The position numbers and the translations under genes were made by a program. Positions 23,096 through 33,239 of a DNA stretch of 64,000 bases are shown here, piece after piece. Origin of the DNA: Alphaproteobacteria bacterium UBA6038 (GTDB taxonomy: Bacteria > Pseudomonadota > Alphaproteobacteria > Micropepsales > Micropepsaceae); NCBI GenBank assembly GCA_002429315.1, contig DIZC01000104.1, positions 6,055 to 70,054 of the forward strand. The letters run 5' to 3'. The notes under the pieces were generated by a model. The model was not told where the DNA came from and did not search any database. It saw only the letters and a program-made list of their open reading frames with translations. The first letter of the stretch is position 1; the number at the start of each line of letters is the position of its first letter.

Positions 23096-23778
23096 AGGCG
23101 CGTCTCATAAGCGGGGTTGGCCGCTTCCAAGGCGATGGAATCGCCGCGCCGGCGCAGACGCTTGAGCGTGGCCTCGGCTTCGTCCACCAGCGCCACCACA
23201 ATGTCGCCGGTGCTCGCCGCGTCCGCCTGCTGGATAATGACGGTGTCGCCGTCCAGGATTCCGGCGTTGATCATCGAGTCTCCTGCGACTTCGAGCGCGT
23301 AGTGATCGCCGCGCCCCAGCATGCTGGCCGGGACGGGCACGTCCGCAACCTTGTTCTGCAGTGCTTCGATCGGAGTGCCGGCTGCGATCCGGCCCAGCAC
23401 CGGAACATTCGCCGCGCCATCGTTGTCGCTGCGGCGCGGGCTGCCCGCACTGCGCGTGTCGGCGGGAATCCTCGCATCGCCTCGAAGCGGCCGCGCTCCC
23501 GGTGAATGCATCAGGCGCTGCGCCTGGCTGCGGGTGGTCGCAGGCCGGACGGTATCGGCCATGTTCTCCGGCAGCTTCACGATCTCAAGCGCGCGCGCGC
23601 GTTTCTGCAGCCGCTTGATGAACCCGCGTTCTTCGAGCGCGGTGATGAGGCGGTGGATGCCGGATTTTGACTTCAGATCCAGAGCGTCCTTCATCTCGTC
23701 GAAAGAGGGGGGGATGCCGCTCTCCCGGACGCGCTCGTGGATGAACATCAAGAGTTCGTACTGTTTCTTGGTCAGCAT
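23035..23778 (-). CDS. lexA: SOS repressor LexA
   Basis: [36 protein letters not shown] (Ala-Gly cleavage site), GDSMI, ATLKR. Confidence 0.98.
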   Translation of the reverse strand: MLTKKQYELLMFIHERVRESGIPPSFDEMKDALDLKSKSGIHRLITALEERGFIKRLQKRARALEIVKLPENMADTVRPATTRSQAQRLMHSPGARPLRGDARIPADTRSAGSPRRSDNDGAANVPVLGRIAAGTPIEALQNKVADVPVPASMLGRGDHYALEVAGDSMINAGILDGDTVIIQQADAASTGDIVVALVDEAEATLKRLRRRGDSIALEAANPAYETRLYGSDRVRIQGKLVGLLRRY

Positions 23779-23806
23779 GATTTGTCTCCGCCGGCGCGCC
23801 GCTCTC

Positions 23807-23861
23807 GAACAAAGCCGCAACAATCCGCAATTGTTCTAGTTAGGTTCCGATGATGCGTCAA
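23807..23861 (-). promoter_or_regulatory. lexA promoter with SOS boxes
   Basis: Perfect GTTC-N7-GTTC at 23833-23847; one-mismatch GAAC-N7-CAAC at 23807-23821; minus-strand TTGACG (23856-23861), 17 nt, TAGAAC (23833-23838). Confidence 0.88.
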
Positions 23862-23916
23862 CCAAAAAGTTTTGCAAATCATTCCAATGGCTTGCGGCAG
23901 CCCCGCAGTTCGCGAG

Positions 23917-25107
23917 CTAATCGAGCGGGATGATCGCGACCGAATCGCCTTTTCGCGCTATGGGAGCATGCGGCCCCCTGATCAAAAGAGCGTCGCTGTC
24001 CGCGAGCACCTTCTGCATCGAAGAATCCTGAGCCGGGAACGGCTCAACCCACAACACGCCGTCACGGCGAAAGAGCCGAGCCCGGACGTAGTCCTGGCGG
24101 CTGTCATTGGCGCCCATCTCCGTCGCCAGCCGCGCTGTCAATCCGTTTGGCTCTGTTTCTGTTCCGAGCATCGCGGCGATCGCTGGCTTCAAGAAGAGCA
24201 GAGCGCAGACAAAGGAGCTGACGGGGTTTCCCGGCAGCCCCAGCAAAGGGGTCTCGCCGAGCCGGCCAAAGATCAGCGGCTTGCCCGGACGCATCGCAAT
24301 TTTCCAGAAGTCGAGCATGAAGCCTTTTGGCCCAAGGGCGCGCTGGATGAGATCGTGATCGCCGACGGATGCGCCACCCAAGGTCACGACGAGATCGGCC
24401 TCGGCGGCGCGTTCTTCGATTTTCGCGATAGCTTCGATGTTGTCGGGGACGATGCCAAGGTCGCGCGGCTCGGCACCCCATTTTCGGATCAGCACAGGCA
24501 AGGCATAGATCGACGAGGCAACGATGCCACCAGGCCGGCGGGTTTCGCCCGGACGAGAAAGTTCGTCGCCCGTAGCAGCCAAAAGAATGCGAGGCCGCCT
24601 GCGCGCTTCGACCGCGGGGACATCGGCGGCCGCAATGAGGGCGACGTCACGCGCCGTCAGACACTTTCCGGGACGAACCAGAACGTCACCCTTTCGAAAA
24701 TCCTGCCCGGCGGGGCGGATATGTCGCCCCGCATGCGCTGCGGCATTGATTACGACAAAGCCGGCGCGCTGTTCGGTATGTTCCTGGATGACGATGGCAT
24801 CGGCGCCATCGGGAACCACTCCGCCAGTGAAGATGCGGACGGTTTCCCCCGCCCGCAGTTCGCCTTTGAACGGGTGTCCCGCTGGGGCTGAGCCGACGAC
24901 CGGCAAAGTGACCGGCGGATGAAGCGCGTCTGCGGAGCGCACGGCATAGCCGTCCATTGCCGAGACGCGGAACGGTGGCTGATCGAGGCGTGCGATCATA
25001 TCCGCGGCAAGCACGCGGCCCGCCGCAGCCTCGATCGGCACGCATTCGGCTTCGACAGGTGCGAACGCCGCGACGACGCGCCGAACAGCTTCTTCGACGG
25101 CAATCAT
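23917..25107 (-). CDS. moeA: Molybdopterin molybdotransferase
   Basis: SAMDGYAV, RIFTGG, ATGDEL, LGGASVGDHD, MRPGKP, LPGNPVS. Confidence 0.96.
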   Translation of the reverse strand: MIAVEEAVRRVVAAFAPVEAECVPIEAAAGRVLAADMIARLDQPPFRVSAMDGYAVRSADALHPPVTLPVVGSAPAGHPFKGELRAGETVRIFTGGVVPDGADAIVIQEHTEQRAGFVVINAAAHAGRHIRPAGQDFRKGDVLVRPGKCLTARDVALIAAADVPAVEARRRPRILLAATGDELSRPGETRRPGGIVASSIYALPVLIRKWGAEPRDLGIVPDNIEAIAKIEERAAEADLVVTLGGASVGDHDLIQRALGPKGFMLDFWKIAMRPGKPLIFGRLGETPLLGLPGNPVSSFVCALLFLKPAIAAMLGTETEPNGLTARLATEMGANDSRQDYVRARLFRRDGVLWVEPFPAQDSSMQKVLADSDALLIRGPHAPIARKGDSVAIIPLD

Positions 25108-25607
25108 TCGCCGGACGAACTGTACGGCGCATCGGGCGCGGTATAGGTCCCGCTTTTTCCGCCGGATTTCGACAACAGCCGAATGCCCTCGATAACAGCG
25201 CCGCGATCGATGGCCTTCACCATGTCGTACACCGTGAGGGCCGCTATCGTCACCGCCACGAGCGCCTCCATCTCGACGCCTGTCTGTGCCGTTGTGCGCG
25301 CGGTGGCGAGAATGCGCAGCGCAGAACGATCATCCTGCAGTTCGAATTCGATATTGGCTTTGGTCAGGGGAATGGGATGACAGAGCGGGATCAGTTCCGA
25401 TGTCTTCTTGGCGGCCATGATGCCGGCGAGCCGCGCCACCCCGAGCACATCGCCTTTCGGCGCATCGGATGAGAGGGCCACGTTATACGCGTCCGGTGAG
25501 AGCACGATGACGGCCGTGGCCTGTGCTTCACGCACCGTGATGTTCTTTTCAGAGACATCCACCATTCGGGCAGCGCCTTGCTCGTCCAAATGCGAGAGCT
25601 TAGTCAT
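25104..25607 (-). CDS. moaC: Cyclic pyranopterin monophosphate synthase
   Basis: [35 protein letters not shown]. Confidence 0.97.
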   Translation of the reverse strand: MTKLSHLDEQGAARMVDVSEKNITVREAQATAVIVLSPDAYNVALSSDAPKGDVLGVARLAGIMAAKKTSELIPLCHPIPLTKANIEFELQDDRSALRILATARTTAQTGVEMEALVAVTIAALTVYDMVKAIDRGAVIEGIRLLSKSGGKSGTYTAPDAPYSSSGE

Positions 25608-26404
25608 TTCCCCATCTTAGCACCGATCAGGTTGCGCGTCGCGGCTGCGACATCGGCCTGCCGCATGAAGGTTTCCCCGATCAGGAACGTCGTGACGCCC
25701 GCTCCAGCCAGAAGCTCGAGATCCGCGCGTGAGGCAAGGCCGCTTTCGGCGACCGCAAGAACATCGCCCGGAATTCGCGGCGCAAGCCTCAACGTCACGT
25801 CAAGATCGGTCTCGAATGTCCTCAGATCGCGATTGTTGATTCCGATCATCCCGGCGCCCAGCATCAGCGCACGATCGAGTTCCCGTTCGTCGTGAACTTC
25901 GACCAATGCATCCATCCCGTATTGGCCAGCCGCCGCCAACAACTCGCGTGCAAGGCCGTCGTCGACCATCGCCAGAATGATGAGGATGCAATCGGCGGCA
26001 TGGGCGCGGGCTTCTGCCACCTGGTACACATCGAGCAGAAAATCCTTTCGAAGCACCGGCAGCCCAACGGCAGCATGGACGAGCGGGACGTAGTCCAGAC
26101 AACCCTGAAAGGATGGCGCGTCGGTCAACACGGACAGGCACGTGGCGCCTCCGCTCTCGTAGGCTTGCGCCAAGGCTACCGGATCGAAGTCTGGACGAAT
26201 GATACCCTTCGACGGACTAGCCTTCTTGATCTCTGCGATCAGCGCGAACTCGCCGCTCGATTTCTTTTCCAGTAACCGCCCCCGAAAGCCCCGCGGCGGG
26301 GTTGTTTCTGCGGTTCGCGCTTCCAGATCGCGCAACGGCGCACGTGCCTTTGCGGCCACCACTTCCTCACGTTTGTAGGCGGCGATCTTGTTAAGAATGC
26401 TCAT
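25604..26404 (-). CDS. trpC: Indole-3-glycerol phosphate synthase
   Basis: [33 protein letters not shown]. Confidence 0.97.
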   Translation of the reverse strand: MSILNKIAAYKREEVVAAKARAPLRDLEARTAETTPPRGFRGRLLEKKSSGEFALIAEIKKASPSKGIIRPDFDPVALAQAYESGGATCLSVLTDAPSFQGCLDYVPLVHAAVGLPVLRKDFLLDVYQVAEARAHAADCILIILAMVDDGLARELLAAAGQYGMDALVEVHDERELDRALMLGAGMIGINNRDLRTFETDLDVTLRLAPRIPGDVLAVAESGLASRADLELLAGAGVTTFLIGETFMRQADVAAATRNLIGAKMGK

Positions 26405-27425
26405 GTGCTTCTCGCGAGAACGCGACGAGCCTGCTCAGCACGGCGAGCGCGCCACTGTTTTCGATTGCGACCCTCGCTAAGACCGCGCCCGCTCGAAGGT
26501 CCGGAGCTTTGTCGGCGATAACGAGAGCCGCCGCGGCATTCAACACCACGATATCGCGATATGCGCCTCGATCTTTGCCCTCCAGCATGGAGATCAGCCG
26601 TTCCGCATTGTATCTTGCGTCATCGCCCTTCAGCGCATCGAGCGTGCTGCGCGGTGCACCGGCCTCTTCGGGATCCACGGTGCGTCGCTGGATTTCACCG
26701 TTCTCCAGGATTGTTGTGTGGGTAACCCCGGTCGTGGTCATCTCGTCCATACCGTCGCTGCCGTGCACGACCCACGCTTTCTTAGTACCAAGCTCGCCGA
26801 GCACCCGCGCGATCGGCTCTAGCCATTCCTCCGTATATACCCCCAGCAACTGGCGCCGCACGCCTGCCGGATTGCAGAGGGGGCCGAGCAGATTGAAAAT
26901 GGTCCGGACGCCCAGCCGTTGGCGTACCGGCGCCACGTTCTTCATCGCCGGATGGTAGTGTGGCGCGAAGAGGAAGCAGAGCCCCACTTCGCGCAGGCAG
27001 GCGCTCGCCGCTTCGGGCGAGAGCGTCACGTTTGCGCCCAACGTTTCCAGAATGTCCGCCGCCCCAGTGCGCGACGACATGTTGCGGTTGCCGTGCTTGG
27101 CCACCGGCACGCCGCAGGCGGCGACAACGAACGAGACCGCCGTCGAGATGTTCAGTGTGCCATGCCCGTCACCACCCGTGCCGCAGAGATCGATCGCGCC
27201 GGGCGGCGCGTCTATGGTCACCATGTTTGCCCGCATCGCGCGGGCCGCACCGGCGATTTCGGCAACCGTGGGCCCGCGCTGTGCCTGCGCGAGGAGGAAA
27301 TCGGCCAGATCGCCGTCCGCCACACTGCCTTTCATGATCGCCGCGAAGGCTTCCGAGGACTGCTCGGCGCTCAGGGACTCGCCGCGTCGAACCGGATCGA
27401 GGAAAAGCCGGAAATCGCTGCTCAT
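26391..27425 (-). CDS. trpD: Anthranilate phosphoribosyltransferase
   Basis: [34 protein letters not shown]. Confidence 0.97.
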   Translation of the reverse strand: MSSDFRLFLDPVRRGESLSAEQSSEAFAAIMKGSVADGDLADFLLAQAQRGPTVAEIAGAARAMRANMVTIDAPPGAIDLCGTGGDGHGTLNISTAVSFVVAACGVPVAKHGNRNMSSRTGAADILETLGANVTLSPEAASACLREVGLCFLFAPHYHPAMKNVAPVRQRLGVRTIFNLLGPLCNPAGVRRQLLGVYTEEWLEPIARVLGELGTKKAWVVHGSDGMDEMTTTGVTHTTILENGEIQRRTVDPEEAGAPRSTLDALKGDDARYNAERLISMLEGKDRGAYRDIVVLNAAAALVIADKAPDLRAGAVLARVAIENSGALAVLSRLVAFSREAHEHS

Positions 27426-28012
27426 GCCGGGACGCGGGCGAAGCTTTCCACGATGTTCAGAAAGTTCTGCAGCAGTGCATGTCCATTCTCGGACGCAATG
27501 CTCTCGGGATGGAACTGGACTCCGTGAACCGGATGCCGCCTGTGCATCGCTCCCATGATCACGCCGTCCTCGGTTGTCGCTGTGACCTCCAGTGCCTGGG
27601 GCACTGTCTCAGGCGCGATGGTCAGCGAATGATAGCGCGTGGCCTCGAAATCGTTGTTCAGGCCGCGAAACACGCCTTTGCCGGTGTGATGGATGCGGCT
27701 GAGCTTGCCATGCATCGGCTGCGGCGCCCGGACGACACGTGCGCCGTAAGCCTGTCCAATGGCCTGATGGCCCAGGCACACGCCAAGGATCGGCACGTGG
27801 CCATCGGCCTCTTCGACCAGGCTGACGCAGATTCCGGCCTCATTCGGCGTGCACGGACCGGGTGAGAGCACGATACCGTCCGGTTGCATAGCCAATGCCT
27901 GTGGCACCGAAATGTCATCGTTGCGCTTGACGACAACCTCTGCCCCCAACTCTCCCAGATAATGGAAGAGATTGAAGGTAAAGCTGTCGTAATTGTCGAT
28001 GAGTAGCAGCAT
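27422..28012 (-). CDS. trpG: Anthranilate synthase component II (glutamine amidotransferase)
   Basis: IDNYDSFTFNL, LSPGPCTP, GVCLGHQ, QFHPES. Confidence 0.96.
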   Translation of the reverse strand: MLLLIDNYDSFTFNLFHYLGELGAEVVVKRNDDISVPQALAMQPDGIVLSPGPCTPNEAGICVSLVEEADGHVPILGVCLGHQAIGQAYGARVVRAPQPMHGKLSRIHHTGKGVFRGLNNDFEATRYHSLTIAPETVPQALEVTATTEDGVIMGAMHRRHPVHGVQFHPESIASENGHALLQNFLNIVESFARVPA

Positions 28013-28108
28013 GTATCTTGGAATTCCGCTTATGGTACCCCATTTTGAGCGATGTCCGTTCCAGCGGCAACTGATCATGGCGCCGGCAGTTGGCCGGTCT
28101 GCACTCGG

Positions 28109-29650
28109 CTAAACCACAATTTCGATTAGAGTGGGACTGCAGCTTGCGAAACCGCGCGCCAAGTCTCGGGCGAAGTCCTCCAGGGTCGCAGCCTTCGTCG
28201 CCGACACGCCCATGCCGCTGGCGAGGGCCACCCAGTCGATGTCCGGTCGGCCGATCTCCAGCATGTCGAGGGCCTTCGGTCCGGGATTCTCGCCGGCGCT
28301 CACCAGCTCGCCCTTCAGGATGGCATAGGCGCGGTTCGCGAAGATCACCGTTGTGATCCGCAGGTTTTCGCGCGCGGCCGTCCACAAGGCCTGCAGCGTG
28401 TACATGCCACTGCCGTCCGCTTCGAGGCACAGCACCGGCCGTTCCGGGCACGCCACCGCCGCCCCAACGGCGAGCGGCATGCCGATTCCGATGGAGCCGC
28501 CGGTGTTCACCAGCCAGTCGTGCGGCGGCGCGCCGGCGGTCGCGGCCATCATACCTCGGCCGGAAGTGATGGATTCGTCGATGACGATGGCGCTCTCCGG
28601 CAGCAGCGCGCCCACCACCGCGGCAAGTCCGTTGAGCGTGATCTCGCCGGTCGGCAGTTGCGGGCGTGCCTGCGGCTGAAGCGCAGGCGTCGCATCGCCC
28701 GCGTGCAGGCGTTCGGCCAGCGCAGCGAGCGCGCCGGCGCCGTCTTCCTGCGGCGCGGATAAGGTAAACACCTCCGTCTTCTCCGCCGTCAGCACGCTCG
28801 GCTTGCGCGGATGCCCGAAGAACGCGACCGGCGGCGATGCGTTCAACAGAATCAGCGCGTCATATCCGGAAAGCTGCTCGATGGCCTGGTCGGTGACATA
28901 GGCGATGCGTTCCATTGGCGGCCGGCCGGCGCCGCGCTCGATCCGGGTAAAGGCGAAGGGCGCGAGCAGCTTCGCCCCGGTTTTCGCGGCGATCTGTCCC
29001 GCAATGATAAGCGGACCTCCGACGGTGAGCCCCGTGCCGAGCACCAGGCCCACGTGGCCGCGGCGCGTCATTAACCCTGCGGCGTGGGCGATCCGCGCCT
29101 CATCCGGCAGCGGTGCCGCCGGAATTGGCGGCACATCGGCGATCGCGCCGCCGTCGGACCACGCACTATCGGCGGGGAGGATGAGGGTGGCGATGCCCCC
29201 CGGCGCGGCCCGCGCCGCCGCAATGGCTTCGGCGCAATCCCGCCCCACCTCTGCCGCGGACTCCGCGCTCCGCAGCCAGGCCGAATGGGGCCGCGCCAGT
29301 GTCGCGATATCGGAGGCGAGCGGCGTCTCGTAGTGCCGATGGAAGCGGGCGTGGTCGCCGACGATATTGATTAACGGGACGCGCGCCCGGCATGCGTTGT
29401 GCAGGTTCGCCAGCGCATTCGTAAGGCCTGGCCCGAGATGAAGCAGCGTGCAGGCGGGTTTTCCGGTCATCCGGGCATAGCCGTCGGCTGCGCCGGAAGC
29501 CACGCCCTCGAACAGACACGGAATGCCGCGCATGGCCGGGACGCGGTCGAGCGCGGCCACGAAGTGAATTTCCGAGGTGCCGGGATTCATGAAGCACACG
29601 GTCACGCCGCCTCTGGTGAGCGTGCCGATCAGGCTTTCCGCGCCGTTCAA
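28109..29650 (-). CDS. ThDP-dependent enzyme, acetolactate synthase large subunit-like family
   Basis: TTG start after GGAGG; MNGAESL...NPGTSEIH, catalytic FEG, ThDP motif ADGSGMYT...FANRAY. Confidence 0.88.
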   Translation of the reverse strand: MNGAESLIGTLTRGGVTVCFMNPGTSEIHFVAALDRVPAMRGIPCLFEGVASGAADGYARMTGKPACTLLHLGPGLTNALANLHNACRARVPLINIVGDHARFHRHYETPLASDIATLARPHSAWLRSAESAAEVGRDCAEAIAAARAAPGGIATLILPADSAWSDGGAIADVPPIPAAPLPDEARIAHAAGLMTRRGHVGLVLGTGLTVGGPLIIAGQIAAKTGAKLLAPFAFTRIERGAGRPPMERIAYVTDQAIEQLSGYDALILLNASPPVAFFGHPRKPSVLTAEKTEVFTLSAPQEDGAGALAALAERLHAGDATPALQPQARPQLPTGEITLNGLAAVVGALLPESAIVIDESITSGRGMMAATAGAPPHDWLVNTGGSIGIGMPLAVGAAVACPERPVLCLEADGSGMYTLQALWTAARENLRITTVIFANRAYAILKGELVSAGENPGPKALDMLEIGRPDIDWVALASGMGVSATKAATLEDFARDLARGFASCSPTLIEIVV

Positions 29651-29719
29651 GGTATCGCCTCCCTCTTTGACTGCGTCGTAGGCCGCCGCTCAGACAACCA
29701 AACGGCCCTGTGAGCCATC

Positions 29720-31051
29720 ATGCGCGACGAAACCCTTTCCATCCATGCCGGCTACGAGGCCGATCCGGTCACCAAAGCGGTGGCGGTGCCGATCTACCAG
29801 ACTGTGGCCTATGAGTTCGACAGCGCCGATCACGGCGCGGCGCTGTTCAACCTCGAAACGCCGGGGAACATCTACACGCGCCTGTCCAATCCCACCACTG
29901 CGGTGCTGGAAAAGCGCATCGCGGCGCTGGAAGGGGGCGTGGAGGCCCTGTGCGTCGGCTCGGGCATGGCGGCGATTCACTATGCCATCGTGAACATCGC
30001 CGAAGCGGGCCACAACATCGTCTCGACTCCGCAGCTCTACGGCGCGACCTGGACCTTGTTTGAGCACTTCCTGCGCAAGCAGGGAATCGATGTGCGCTTC
30101 GCGGCGAGCGACAGTATCGCGGACATCCAGGCGCTGATCGATGAGAACACCCGCGCGGTCTACTGCGAGAGCATCGGCAATCCAGGCGGCAACATCGCCG
30201 ATATCGAGGCGCTGGCGGATTGCGCGCACAAGAACGGCGTGCCGCTGATCGTCGACAACACCATCGCCACGCCCATCCTGCTGAAGCCGATCCGTTTCGG
30301 CGCCGACATCGTGGTGCATTCGCTAACCAAGTTCGTCGGCGGTCACGGCACCACGATGGGCGGGGCCGTCGTCGATTCGGGAAATTTCCCGTGGGAGCGG
30401 CACGCGCAGCGCTTTTCCATGTTGACGCAGCCGGAACCTGCCTATCACGGGGTGGTCTACACCCAGCAATATGGCCGCGCCGCCTACGCAGCGCGCTGCC
30501 GCACCGTTTGTCAGCGCAACACCGGCTCAGTGCTCGCGCCGCTCAGCGCCTTCCTCCTGCTGCAGGGTGCGGAGACGCTGGCACTGCGCGTCGAGCGGCA
30601 TCTCGAGAACACGGCCAAGGTTGTCGCGTTTCTCGATAATCATCCGCAGGTCGCGTGGTGCGATTCCATCGGGCGGAAGGGCACGCCAGGGCACGCACTC
30701 GCAAAGAAATATCTTGGAGGGCAAGGCGGACCGTTTCTCACCTTTGGCGTCAAGGGCGGCTTCGAGGAAGGCAAACGGTTCTACGATGCGCTGAAGCTGT
30801 TCAAGCGGCTGGTGAACATCGGCGATGCAAAGTCGCTCGCCTGCCATCCTGCATCGACCACGCACCGCCAGCTCACGCCTGAGGAACTGGAGCGGACCGG
30901 CGTGAAGCCGGAGATGATCCGGCTCTGCATCGGCATCGAGCACATCGACGATATCATCGAAGATCTCGACCAGGCGCTCGCGGCGACGGGGGACGCGTCG
31001 CAACCAATGGCACGAGCGCCGCAGCTGCGGCTCGCGGCATCGCGGGGGTGA
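29720..31051 (+). CDS. O-acylhomoserine aminocarboxypropyltransferase (MetY/MetZ-like PLP enzyme)
   Basis: AVPIYQT, IYTRLSNPT, VDNTIATP, HSLTKFVGGHG (PLP lysine), NIGDAKSLACHPASTTH. Confidence 0.92.
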   Translation: MRDETLSIHAGYEADPVTKAVAVPIYQTVAYEFDSADHGAALFNLETPGNIYTRLSNPTTAVLEKRIAALEGGVEALCVGSGMAAIHYAIVNIAEAGHNIVSTPQLYGATWTLFEHFLRKQGIDVRFAASDSIADIQALIDENTRAVYCESIGNPGGNIADIEALADCAHKNGVPLIVDNTIATPILLKPIRFGADIVVHSLTKFVGGHGTTMGGAVVDSGNFPWERHAQRFSMLTQPEPAYHGVVYTQQYGRAAYAARCRTVCQRNTGSVLAPLSAFLLLQGAETLALRVERHLENTAKVVAFLDNHPQVAWCDSIGRKGTPGHALAKKYLGGQGGPFLTFGVKGGFEEGKRFYDALKLFKRLVNIGDAKSLACHPASTTHRQLTPEELERTGVKPEMIRLCIGIEHIDDIIEDLDQALAATGDASQPMARAPQLRLAASRG

Positions 31052-32073
31052 GCCGCATGGACACCGGCGTGCACAATTTGCTGGTGCGGCCCCGCGGCGG
31101 GTGGCTGAACGGCCATGCGCCCGATGCGCTGCACATCGGGCTGCTCAACAACATGCCGGATGCGGCACTGGAAAGCACCGAGCGGCAGTTCTTTCGCCTG
31201 CTGGGCGCCGCCGCCTCCGACATTTCCATCCGGTGGCACCTGTTCTCGCTGCGAAGCATCGCCCGGAGCGACACCGGGAGTATTCATCTGATTCATCAGA
31301 ACTATGGGACCCCGAGGGACCTCTACAACACCCCGCTGAACGCCTTGATCGTCACCGGCACCGAGCCCTTGCAGCAGGACCTGCGGCAGGAGACCTACTG
31401 GCCTGAGCTGGCGACGGTATTCGATTGGATCGAGCGCGAAGGTCCGCCGGCGATCTTCTCCTGCCTCGCCGCCCATGCGGCCGTGATGCACTTCGACGGC
31501 ATCGAGCGGCGGCGGCTGCCACAGAAGCGCTTCGGCCTTTTCGATCATGTGGTCGCGGCGGAGCATCTCCTTACCGCATCGCTAACCGCTCCGTTCCGAA
31601 TCGCCCATTCGCGCTGGAACGAAGTGCCGGCAGATGCGCTGAACGACGCCGGGTACGAAATCCTCACCTACGCCCCGGAAGCCGGTGCCGATCTTTTCAC
31701 TAAACGCAAGCGGAATGCGCTCCTGTTCCTGCAGGGCCACCCGGAGTACGACTCCGACACGCTCGCCCGCGAGTACCGTCGCGACGTGCGGCGGTATCTG
31801 GCCGGCGCGCGCGACAGCTATCCCAATCTTCCGCTACACTATTTCGGCCGGCAGGAAGCCGACGCGCTGCGACGCTTCCGCGATCGCGCATTCGCCGGGC
31901 GGGACGAGCGGCTGATGGACCAGTTCCCGGCCATTACTTCCCGACGGGTGTCCGCAACCGCTCCGATGTCGCCGGTGTTCGGTTCCTTGCTGCGCGAGAT
32001 CAACGCCCGCCGAGATAGCCGCTACGGCATGGCGCCGCGCCGGGCTGTGACGACCCAGGCGCACGCGCCATGA
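31048..32073 (+). CDS. Homoserine O-acyltransferase MetA-like, non-canonical
   Basis: LLNNMPD, IVTGTEP, YWPEL, FSCLAAHAA (Cys nucleophile), HSRWN, QGHPEYD (His-Glu), EYRRD; GTGA overlap with upstream stop. Confidence 0.87.
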   Translation: MSRMDTGVHNLLVRPRGGWLNGHAPDALHIGLLNNMPDAALESTERQFFRLLGAAASDISIRWHLFSLRSIARSDTGSIHLIHQNYGTPRDLYNTPLNALIVTGTEPLQQDLRQETYWPELATVFDWIEREGPPAIFSCLAAHAAVMHFDGIERRRLPQKRFGLFDHVVAAEHLLTASLTAPFRIAHSRWNEVPADALNDAGYEILTYAPEAGADLFTKRKRNALLFLQGHPEYDSDTLAREYRRDVRRYLAGARDSYPNLPLHYFGRQEADALRRFRDRAFAGRDERLMDQFPAITSRRVSATAPMSPVFGSLLREINARRDSRYGMAPRRAVTTQAHAP

Positions 32074-33239
32074 GCGCCATCGCTCTGCCGCGCCCGCCAG
32101 ACGATCCGCAGCAGGTTGAGCCGATCGACCTTTTGCTCGGCATTTGGCGGCACGTGCTGCAGACAGCGGATGTGGCGCCCGACAGCAATTTCTTCGACCT
32201 CGGCGGCGACTCGCTGCTGGCGCTCACGCTGTTTCTGGAGATCGAACGCGCGACCGGCCGTCATCTGCCGATCACCGCGATTTACGATGCGCAGACGGTG
32301 CAAGAGCAGGCAGCGCTCCTGGCAGGGCAGCCAGCGCCGGAATTTTCCCCCCTCGTGCTGCTCAAGGGCGGCGATGGCAGTGCGCCACTGTTCATCTTTC
32401 ACGGCGTCGGCGGGGCCGTCGTGGAGTTCGCCGCCCTCGGCAAACTCATCGACATTCCCGGTGAAGTTTTTGCCGTGCAGGCGCAGGGCGTGGACGGAAC
32501 GCTCCCTCCACTGGAATCGGTCGAAGAAATGGCGGCCCTTTATTTCGACAACATCCGTCAGAGACAGCCGGCCGGCCCCTATTGGCTGTGCGGCTATTCT
32601 TTCGGCGGACTGCTGGCCGTCGAAGTGGCGCGGCGGCTGAAGCAGGCTGGCGAAGAGATCGCGCTCCTCTTCCTGATCGACTCGTACGCGCACCCCGCCA
32701 CCTGGCCGCGCAAATCCCTGCTGAAGGTGCGCGCGCGGCGCGCTGGAAATCTAGTGCTGTCGCGATTGGAGCGGCCGCCGCGGGAGAACTTTGCCGTTCT
32801 GCTTGCCGCACTGGGGATGTTCGCGACGAACACCGCCGATAATGATGACGATTCGCAACTGCCGCCCGAGATGCGCAAGCGGAGTTGGCTTCTCAAGATG
32901 AAGCCCAATCTCCCGCTGCCACTCCTCGAAACCCGGCTGGCGACCGAGAGGGCCCTCTATCGCTATCGCCCCAGCTATTATTCGGGCGAGGCGCTGTTCC
33001 TGAAGGCGCAGCGTCCCGACCCTCATTTCCCCGACGATCCCAAGCACGTATGGCGCAAGCTCATTGGACAGTTGACGATGCAAGTGTGTCCGGGCTCGCA
33101 CCTCACCATCGTAAGCGAGCACGCCGCCGATGTGGCGGCACGGATCAATGCCTCGGTTCGCGAAGCGCGCCGCGCGCCCACACTGACGGTGGCGCCGAAG
33201 AGGGGTTTTCGCTGGTCAATGTCTGCGAGGCCGGTGTGA
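32070..33239 (+). CDS. Stand-alone carrier protein (PP-binding) + thioesterase didomain
   Basis: NFFDLGGDSLLA phosphopantetheine site; FHGVGG, GYSFGG (GxSxG), LIDS, PGSHL. Confidence 0.9.
   Translation: MSAIALPRPPDDPQQVEPIDLLLGIWRHVLQTADVAPDSNFFDLGGDSLLALTLFLEIERATGRHLPITAIYDAQTVQEQAALLAGQPAPEFSPLVLLKGGDGSAPLFIFHGVGGAVVEFAALGKLIDIPGEVFAVQAQGVDGTLPPLESVEEMAALYFDNIRQRQPAGPYWLCGYSFGGLLAVEVARRLKQAGEEIALLFLIDSYAHPATWPRKSLLKVRARRAGNLVLSRLERPPRENFAVLLAALGMFATNTADNDDDSQLPPEMRKRSWLLKMKPNLPLPLLETRLATERALYRYRPSYYSGEALFLKAQRPDPHFPDDPKHVWRKLIGQLTMQVCPGSHLTIVSEHAADVAARINASVREARRAPTLTVAPKRGFRWSMSARPV

Noticed and set aside
29651-29719. SAM riboswitch upstream of the MetY-like gene
   Set aside because: Only 69 bp shared with a divergent gene and no SAM-II/SAM-alpha motif seen; this argues slightly against a housekeeping methionine role.
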